64,000 nt of DNA from a virus. Lineage: Duplodnaviria; Caudoviricetes. The notes under the pieces were generated by a model, which was given only the letters and a program-made list of their open reading frames with translations, searched no databases and was not told the DNA's origin. The stretch spans positions 1 through 64,000 of IMG/VR virus record IMGVR_UViG_3300020161_002811; one strand, 5' to 3'. The stretch's first letter is position 1. The number at the start of each line of letters is the position of its first letter. A program made the translations under genes and the position numbers. This document shows positions 59,401-64,000 of this stretch, in pieces.

Positions 59401-61658
59401 TCCAGATCCTTTATTAGAGGACTGTTGACGCTGCGTTCTATTCCGAATGAGTTAAGAAGTTTATCCCAGAGTCCAGACGCTGTATCGTTTAGTATTTTTT
59501 CTTGCTCACTTCTAAACGAAGTATTATCGGGTAGGAATATTTTTGTTTGAACTTCAGCTGGAGTAAATAGAGTTATATTACTTCCATCTCTCCATTGAGA
59601 AATAATATTAGTAGATAAAACGTCATTTTCGAAAGAATTCAGATATGTAAGTTTTACATCTTCTGGGAGTACATTTATATCAAAAACTTCAGACTGAGCT
59701 TCAAGCCCTGCAGCTGTCAATGCCCCTTGATCTACTGTAGTATCCGCAGTTTTATTGTCAGAAGTTTTGATTAAGAAACTTTCATTGACATACCTGTGCA
59801 TTTCTCCGGCTGCTTTACCCATATACTGACGATACTTGCCCCAATGTATTGCCTGGTTAAAATCTTTTAGCATTGGCAGGAATGGCTTATGATTGAAGTG
59901 AACCATTTCTAAATCGATAACAAGAGCAAATGGATAATTTGGAGCTGTTGCAATGGACATATTTGAAAGCCCAACAGCGGTAATACCGTGTACGGAATTC
60001 AGGTAATCATTTTTAATTGGCAAGATTGGAGAGTACTTAAATGCAGCTACAAGACCTCTGAGCGATGATAGAAATTTGTCTATTTTTTCTTCGTCATCTC
60101 CGCCATTTTTAAAATCAATCTTAAAGGTTTCATCTAGGTTTAATGTCGCGGCATCAGAGATTGACAGGCCCCATATCTCTTCATAGTTAGGAAAGAATAA
60201 TCTCATAGAGATAGTGGTTTCCTTATAGCCTGCATTAAATTTAGGTGTGTTTTTTTGCCTGATTGCTCCACCTGTTAGTGATCCTGTTTTGAAATTAGAA
60301 TTTACGCTAATTGAAACTGGAGGAACATAGAAGTTAGCAGCACCCAGTCTGAGATGAAATATATCTGGTTTTCTGGGTGGAATGTTTTCTCTAAATGGGA
60401 AATCTACAAGCGCTTGCTTAATGCGCTTCGCAGTGCTGTCCACCTTAAAGGCTAGGGTAAATATTGCTTCGCCACCTTTAGTGACTCCAAAAGCTTTTTC
60501 CAGTGAATCCATTGCGTCAGCTTCATTGTTCAGAGTGTCTTCTGCTCCACCACCCTTACCATTATTTGAGTAATCACCCACCGCAGCTAGTGCATCGAAT
60601 ACGAATGTAACTAAACTTGGAAAATAAAAGTTTATTATAGAAAATGATATTGGATCTTTTTGAAGATTATAAACTACTTCACTTAATATTGTTAACCATG
60701 GAGTATCTATTTCAGGACTAGTATATTCATCCATTGACCTTTTAGCTGTTGCAACGCTCTGCAGTCTTTTTTTCGCAAAATTACTAATTTCGTAGGCAAA
60801 TGAAGCTAGCTGTAAAATTCCGCTTGACTCTAACCTGGCGTAGATAGATTTGGAAGTTGCGGTCTCTAATTCTATGGGGCCAGAAGCGCCTAAACCAAAA
60901 ATTCTACCAGTTGTGTTTATTGTGTTTTCGTCGGCTTCAAACCCGGAGCCTCTGTTTGTCGAGAAATATTTTTTTATTACTCCATTAATATCATTAGTCT
61001 CATTTACTGGATCACTCCCGTACACATTATGTAAAAATATTCTAAATTCTGTTAGGTAATCCTTGGTGACTTCATTTTCTGGCTTATTATCTTCTAGCTC
61101 TTTATCTTTTTCTGTTGTATTAATTTTTTCTTCTAGCTCAAGGGCAACTAGATCTTCATCAGTTATTCCGTCTTCGCCTATGTAACTTTTCCAGATATTA
61201 AGCCTGTCAATAATAATTGACTTAGCTGTTTGCATTGTGATTTTTTTTGGAGAATTGTTAGGTAAGTAGGCGTAAAAAAACCAACTTAGTGCTTCTTCTA
61301 TTTTTGGAACATTTATGGTAGCATATCCGTAATTAACTGCCCATGTCTGAAATGTTTCAAGTACAAATAATGAATTTGAATCTTTATCTAAAATTTCGCA
61401 GTTTGCCAAACGAAGTATTGACAAATAGGCGTACTCGTCGCCTGTGCTTTTAAAGTCATCATCAATTGCATAAATAAGGGCTTTTCCACCTTGATTATTA
61501 TCATAACCAACTATATCCGGGTAAGATCCTGGCAAAATTAAGAACAAGTACATTTCGCTTTCACTGAAAGCAGTAATATCTTCAATTATTGAATTAATAC
61601 GATTTTCATCTTCAGATAGATACTTTAAGAGATCTTTTGCTATTGGATTAATTGCCAT
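50403..61658 (-). CDS. 3751-aa baseplate hub-like protein with C-terminal thermonuclease domain
   Basis: Hub-like segments (LRGGYG...LFNGVITNV; GELTLVGNPDIRPHDLVYL...GIFEVEQVVHHF); SNase motifs EDGDTF, VRFDGMDTGE; position between tape measure and lysin. Confidence 0.7.
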   Translation of the reverse strand: MAINPIAKDLLKYLSEDENRINSIIEDITAFSESEMYLFLILPGSYPDIVGYDNNQGGKALIYAIDDDFKSTGDEYAYLSILRLANCEILDKDSNSLFVLETFQTWAVNYGYATINVPKIEEALSWFFYAYLPNNSPKKITMQTAKSIIIDRLNIWKSYIGEDGITDEDLVALELEEKINTTEKDKELEDNKPENEVTKDYLTEFRIFLHNVYGSDPVNETNDINGVIKKYFSTNRGSGFEADENTINTTGRIFGLGASGPIELETATSKSIYARLESSGILQLASFAYEISNFAKKRLQSVATAKRSMDEYTSPEIDTPWLTILSEVVYNLQKDPISFSIINFYFPSLVTFVFDALAAVGDYSNNGKGGGAEDTLNNEADAMDSLEKAFGVTKGGEAIFTLAFKVDSTAKRIKQALVDFPFRENIPPRKPDIFHLRLGAANFYVPPVSISVNSNFKTGSLTGGAIRQKNTPKFNAGYKETTISMRLFFPNYEEIWGLSISDAATLNLDETFKIDFKNGGDDEEKIDKFLSSLRGLVAAFKYSPILPIKNDYLNSVHGITAVGLSNMSIATAPNYPFALVIDLEMVHFNHKPFLPMLKDFNQAIHWGKYRQYMGKAAGEMHRYVNESFLIKTSDNKTADTTVDQGALTAAGLEAQSEVFDINVLPEDVKLTYLNSFENDVLSTNIISQWRDGSNITLFTPAEVQTKIFLPDNTSFRSEQEKILNDTASGLWDKLLNSFGIERSVNSPLIKDLDGVRSMSLESTPKGMRTFLKQAIDVLTAGISTTDTKKKIYLYLAKSFVAENATRLDEEKKKWLTDYLGSEERVLVAGYFSQYSSTEESYYLNGVLTSDKSLNEIKHRFDQRADNSGEILDILIDEEIARQTKSTGIEPDREKVKQQVTEAFQVNMYERFFTDGFVKNMMEATRLKDGDYHFNEWEVPMNRVDLDPKNAIVNGVSVSMGNNLAKLQIQMQDEPSYQYIGGKDSYINVSMTVFGEKELLKIRSVFDHVNGLARLEHSTGVIGFLGIKNIITALSGIKYVLPLNYKVDTIPNYPHVYSVQLSLVDFDIFQQQREKISSKQQEDLINHFGTKRNPFLRMKQLWGSFNAYPDLPLGVKDKNGDIVGNLDPDFYFRSFEMFDRDIINNNTTQVDLTKAFTFDSTDKWARNTDGPSGADAIERKIQSVKNRIKDFMRRYSFTDATNAVAMESRRQTNQDLINEMIDYVNESGISIHNFIALFQQASLEPDHDTINNYSKTALLTDYIFLASQSSESSQLFEEFNGAPFVIGNVGITSSQTENIIAQVLSSSHLAEEEFVSFDPDEVDFHKIINLLPLTNPEEQSASEIPAIMYSALGTHFGYIDKDTGRFYLTIEGANVKIEDGAKKLESNYVKDMQTPDTGCTKSLTGISGAQPLSAYQKAYDGSFNNHMEKMLNDVQYRDISGRMIRAFPTYMLWLIDEGGMFAGVKLFDNFYGLQSVIDFSVVSSEDLLGDTLILRVSNMYSKLTTRPSTDIFNAGNDDFNNDPLTPIDGISAILDRTLNIAKNIISGMRNDYVVDINNIRLKPGVRLHLRGGYGSNPNSLQTLFNGVITNVEEGEIVTITAQSDAIELGAVVNSTNKKGDSGKIDGGVDTGMYLSEPRDLMVRLLSMGASRVREAIARATLGTVFSENRFGIRHFGTILYEPINEVERQRADGLRNVVTNAYANAGQGDIGGAANAATFKLSTNVFTRNPVSTFFGDGKIMTSMGQLMSNFSSEVDLELYKRNIYPGNGTGFAQFLGGDLDDGWLTAASLVEGDGKTLAGQAYLENGTDRSWNRLIVEAQNGSVSANNTIDSYVEGNELISAEGRAGAVKNVLLGGLTAGVAAIPGVNVLAGVAGGGALMGLLRGRGGNNVFKTMGIIAPNSDDDLSGFDEVSFRAQTYMRTVWDLFQMCARLLPNYIVAVRPFEDRSTIFYGKPHWLYTSGVVPVTTGFPSVRKANELNLPGYPKDRSPNDDIQTIMNNVNKQSNSLADYEAFKRSEELSDVMAGLAIDQASSTGEYAPTKSLTGKLLNFNSNLAKIRTTKDADGNEIIISKLPISSGKVKMGFHLPVSTNPTTYAPLTPSYDHRQLDNLPVRFKYPFYTISETTVLDKKSYEIRDGGLLSGFTDLLSAKNEIDTNDLDDFDKTLFNQKNVMDRYNEAIKSSEYTEGGATLAVNLIYFLQLESRFLQETEITIRPSSGILELDRPLGFTSLMDSIDSSGVEFLNLDQTTVARMPLPSVSSLQKENYPLVGFEMINSTTAQTEENSDDFSFEYELNQQITYEEWGCPATAAEEQFYIAMKWPYLPTTSDGPIPDSSLSKFKDIYFPNEDLYGTASDYKKRRVLVFSPLTGRAVVCVPAYFMWGEDNDEEVAAVVSPDAAWYLGTFVSHLNQGADLISELSESLPAWANLKSHDSNTLDMTIANSTYAQLEKLSGLSTFPRDVDCLFAFVPDSTPLGVVAAAAAPAKRFYDTTDANAYIIGFGEYAINDNGDSNKFIASKSALIPEDLGDSKGTSAAAGRRNNSLEEYSAENAKITAINYEYGGNILQSGDDPSYFQAILDKDYDALDKGNLYERLDKESYDTGDRDTGGQRVGFAAVYSPMDSTSVEARSFYDENFDPNVSVIAGNGRTLNQASDIWDQFRFGYHTYESVKAIFTKTYGMDADSTDPFPEEFSRILGANNTTSFQNFSESNIKIPGLSATDGTGVDELAILLGSDFFNSETEYGSNYGSTKSTPQDKIEAVEFIRKNYIDYQSKGVQGDAGIIQYFNSVISRSLDGIRSNFFETQVINNALSISIENKDNPETAINLSEAVKTPKQLFLLMVGLFRQKLWSSGYGRAWLVLKPDRKRGAITAGGGGEDGQWSFKPVDKVFEAFINPYSQYAKDNSKFLKLLVSTKGEGSNSSTFIGGITEDVSDFYNANIGPILGAIGDGLSSLLGMFKLSMMQMGYALSEVGNFSKQAHILNKVLNDSIYYSLGRPGTLLRAVDNPFTREYGEPVVEVRQPFQRIHYLSSFSHIISNQIQENLNNVSTVITAVSDGKNPVTVALDKGAPSERQTETTVETGLYYDNMVGSGFLGVLHPFMHPLETFRGYAKTLQGTPDELSARRVALSHLKESIKDIYGGELTLVGNPDIRPHDLVYLSDVYSRMYGIFEVEQVVHHFTSEMGYITSITPNALVTVNDPSRWFMSTWLHSWLSMQNLRNDTRFYMDNIMASNSGINMGGNISVDALADSLSTQMIGGIQYTHGSSALMKDIMANQTALSLPDKARDEITRTGQGKTPGAETVIAVVGASLARAVPIVGQLAWKGWTWLRDNVLDQHGCYVQYLNKNGQPMDAGLSYNQGMVVGRYHTKALLPGILGTKTKVKTPEGNAFIRSDDLLKSLGWQETEIKDLVRYTDYENALTHARVLSLSGLGPEKTSLQTSLFKVIATVTKFEDGDTFDVEDVISGATFTVRFDGMDTGETNTTRVGTLPSQPGGDVNYPFDNTTTLTSTSTPGGRAKIYTQSKLSNKVFVLRLKVSNSSSNDVIFEAQFEPGATENTLANYTKDSFMGDEGTRAMATVWYYQPESVINQAKDFVRSCFATNRGKVIEVGDLSNPVTQKFFTSIYEESPLNVKRSKIIDKINTLGIQYTPPLDLSIQSVADYGLTEEDFTRFYNNLVCFKVLEATYEKVNEWPTIFWDEYYEDGYPATLNWELVVNNLAKVYTKQLQIESQSVISAEESALIPRQVTLNPGT

Positions 61659-61667
61659 TGCGCTTTC

Positions 61668-62117
61668 CTATTTAAACATCATATTGTTACGAACAACAGT
61701 TCTAAGTCTATCACTTGAAGAATCTTTCATTGTAACAGAAGTATAGTTATTCATTATACTAGACTTTGTTTCTCTTTTGAAGGAATCTAAGGTAAAATTT
61801 TGCTTTTTTGTTTGCAGGTCCTTGTTGTACCTGGCTTGCTGGTGTCTTTTGCCACTGTATCCGCTGCCATTCATCTGAAGACGCGTAGTTGGGGCGTCAT
61901 CTAAGCCCTCTTTAGAATATTTAACTTTATCAGATTTGCCTGATGCCTGTATCTTTTGGCGTGATTCGCCTACAACATTTTGGGTTGGGCTTTTACTAGA
62001 AGCTATTTTTGCTGCATATTTGTTTGCTGTTAAGGATCTATGGGATGTGTCTTTGGGCTGTTTAGCAGCAGCGCTGAGTGCTTTATTTTGGTCCTTGACA
62101 TTTAAAATCATATACAT
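61668..62117 (-). CDS. basic hypothetical protein
   Basis: ORF track; K/R/S-rich, low complexity. Confidence 0.65.
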   Translation of the reverse strand: MYMILNVKDQNKALSAAAKQPKDTSHRSLTANKYAAKIASSKSPTQNVVGESRQKIQASGKSDKVKYSKEGLDDAPTTRLQMNGSGYSGKRHQQARYNKDLQTKKQNFTLDSFKRETKSSIMNNYTSVTMKDSSSDRLRTVVRNNMMFK

Positions 62118-62123
62118 TTAACC

Positions 62124-64000
62124 TTAATAAGATCGGGCCATCGATTGATATGGGTCTCTTGCCACATCCGGGATTCTATTATACATAGTACTGTTAATAT
62201 TCCCATTAGTAAGTCCTGATGCTGCTGTGCTGAACTTTTGTATTTGATCTCTATCTCCGAACAGGGACACCTTATAGTTCATGCCAGCAGTGTAGCCTTG
62301 ACCTCTGGCCTGAGGAATCTCTGGTGACCTTTTTGGGTAGTCGGATTCATAGGCAGATCCTCCTGGCAATAGCGGTGGACCAGAAATATCTTCTTGGGTA
62401 TGATCTTTCCTGCTTTGATATAAAAAGCTTGCTGCTATAGCCAACCCAGTTCCTATTGCTGCATTGCGGACATTGGACTTACCAAACTGTTCTGCCAGAT
62501 ATTGTTTATTAATTCTTTTGTAGGCCGTTGCTGATGAGGAGGATTCACCACTGCCTGACAAGTCTCTAAGTGTGTCAGCGACTATGCTAGAGGTTTGATC
62601 TGTAATATCGTCTGCGTTCCGAAGAATATTACTTGAAGCTAAATCTCCATTTAAAAAGGCTGCAGCTTCTTTGTCTGCCTGTGCATTTAATTCGAAAATA
62701 GTTTTACTTCTTAGTGCGTTAGCTATTTTTTGCTCTTCCATACTAGCTGGCGCCTCAAGGGTTTGACCTTTTATTAATGATGAAATCACAGAAGATTTGT
62801 TGTTTGTTCCAAAGAAATCCTCTGCAAAATTTAGATCTAGTCCATCTTCTACAATGCCAGCCTTTTGAGCGTCGGACATGCCGCCAAAAATGTTATCAAT
62901 ATATTGCCTTAATTCAACATTCCTAGTTTCTTTTTCATATATAGCTTTATCTTGTGACATTTTCATATATCTTTGAAAAAGATTAGCACTTGTTCCATCT
63001 GGTCTCATAGATGAATCTGGAAGTTTTGTAAAAAAACCTATATCTATATTCTTTTTTATTCCACTATACTGAAGGGCGTTAGTCATCTCGTACCCGGATA
63101 TGCCCATTGACCTTTGTACGTCCTGCATCCCCTCTAAGAGCTTATCTCCTAGTTGCATTTTGCTTATTTCCATTTCTATCTTTGCCATTTCCCCTCCCCC
63201 GTCGCTATCTATTGTTCGACCTAAGTCTTGTATTGACTTTATCAAGGATGCATTTTCATCTAATATTTTTTCTGAAGCAACCTGAGAGCGTTGTGTAATC
63301 CTAGAGGCTAATTCTTGCTCTCTAGATATTTGTGAATTTGCACTTAATCTTGTCTTAGCCTTGAGGTAATAGTCAGAAGTATTGGCTATGTCTACCATCT
63401 CTGAGATAGATCCCTTACCTATAAATCCCCTAGCTCTTAAAACTTGTTCTACTTTTTCATATTGACTAGATTGTGCAGCTGCGCTGATGTCGGCTATGTC
63501 TGCATCGGGATCTGCCAATGCCATTCCTTCTGATAAGCTTTTAGCAAAAGTGACAAGATCAGTTTGACTCATCTTTCCACTAGTTAAAAGAGCTTCATCT
63601 AATACGAGTTTCTTCTCTGTTATTGGGTCAGCAAGGTCATATTTTTGCTTTGCGTAGCCAAACATTTTTCCATACTGTTCAATTGTAGTATTGCCTAGCT
63701 TATCTAGGTCGGCATCTTCTCCATATATCGCCTTGAGCATCAGGTCAGCCTGCAGGGGGTCCATGCTTCCAGCCTGTGCCATTTGTTGCATGAGTTGCCT
63801 ACTAGAAGAAATACTTGCTGTAACAATATCCTTCTTAGCTGTAACAATCTTCATCTTGCCGGAAGTAAGAGTTTGAGTCATGTCAATGACCTTTTCAGCG
63901 GTAGGGAAACCTAGTAGTAATCCCTTATCCATAAATTCTTGTTCTATGCCGGGAATTGCGCCTAGTATTCCCTCCATTTGCCTAAGACCATGACCAACTA
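62124..64000 (-). CDS. 3' part of a probable tape-measure-like protein, open past the right edge
   Basis: The frame has no stop between 63977 and 64000; helical Ala/Met/Gln-rich sequence with a hydrophobic C-terminal IGTGLAIAASFL; position upstream of the hub. Confidence 0.55.
   Translation of the reverse strand, partial: VGHGLRQMEGILGAIPGIEQEFMDKGLLLGFPTAEKVIDMTQTLTSGKMKIVTAKKDIVTASISSSRQLMQQMAQAGSMDPLQADLMLKAIYGEDADLDKLGNTTIEQYGKMFGYAKQKYDLADPITEKKLVLDEALLTSGKMSQTDLVTFAKSLSEGMALADPDADIADISAAAQSSQYEKVEQVLRARGFIGKGSISEMVDIANTSDYYLKAKTRLSANSQISREQELASRITQRSQVASEKILDENASLIKSIQDLGRTIDSDGGGEMAKIEMEISKMQLGDKLLEGMQDVQRSMGISGYEMTNALQYSGIKKNIDIGFFTKLPDSSMRPDGTSANLFQRYMKMSQDKAIYEKETRNVELRQYIDNIFGGMSDAQKAGIVEDGLDLNFAEDFFGTNNKSSVISSLIKGQTLEAPASMEEQKIANALRSKTIFELNAQADKEAAAFLNGDLASSNILRNADDITDQTSSIVADTLRDLSGSGESSSSATAYKRINKQYLAEQFGKSNVRNAAIGTGLAIAASFLYQSRKDHTQEDISGPPLLPGGSAYESDYPKRSPEIPQARGQGYTAGMNYKVSLFGDRDQIQKFSTAASGLTNGNINSTMYNRIPDVARDPYQSMARSY

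Noticed and set aside
130-63876. About 45 short plus-strand ORFs in the track (e.g. 130..351, 1447..1701, 8550..8915, 37372..37758, 52951..53334, 56563..56961)
   Set aside because: They lie antisense to well-supported minus-strand genes, have shadow-frame composition (Ser/Leu/Phe/Ile-rich) and no RBS or motifs. Only 5593..5769 occupies free space with its own signals.
1-64000. Stop-codon reassignment
   Set aside because: The standard code gives full-length, densely packed genes up to 3751 aa.
1-64000. tRNA, rRNA or tmRNA genes; integrase or transposase
   Set aside because: Intergenic gaps are all under about 150 nt with no cloverleaf or T-loop motif, and no recombinase motifs were seen.

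Overview
This window is a 64-kb piece of a large, low-GC (about one third G+C by eye), apparently lytic tailed dsDNA phage with a contractile-tail baseplate. The host is probably a low-GC actinobacterium; this is inferred from an r1t-type holin, an MSMEG_6728-family gene, a leaderless promoter and the DnaE-type polymerase. Nearly every gene is on the minus strand, so transcription runs right to left. (1) 64000-24578 is the late/virion module: partial tape-measure-like gene, a 3751-aa hub-like protein with a C-terminal thermonuclease domain, a two-domain tail lysin, split spike-like genes, gp25-like and J-like wedge genes, several very large baseplate proteins (four are evident paralogues) and a holin. 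(2) 24429-5820 covers nucleotide metabolism and replication: class II RNR, ThyX, dCMP deaminase, three glycosyltransferase-like genes, SNase, DenV-like and NDT-like genes, DnaB, two Cas4/RecB-like proteins, an HD protein, an AEP primase and DnaE. (3) 5769-1347 holds one lone plus-strand gene, a resolvase-like nuclease, a phage sigma factor, RNase H and a dNMP kinase. (4) 1293-144 is a terminator-bounded cassette of tiny Lys-rich proteins, four of them missed by the ORF track. The best leads are the basic micro-protein cassette, a spaced TACTATA candidate late-promoter motif with a phage sigma factor, a divergent promoter/operator around the lone leaderless gene, a glycosyltransferase/nucleotide-enzyme cluster, and a nuclease domain in the giant hub protein. 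I saw no tRNA, rRNA, CRISPR array, integrase, transposase, intein or reverse transcriptase. All family assignments come from reading motifs; no database searches were run.
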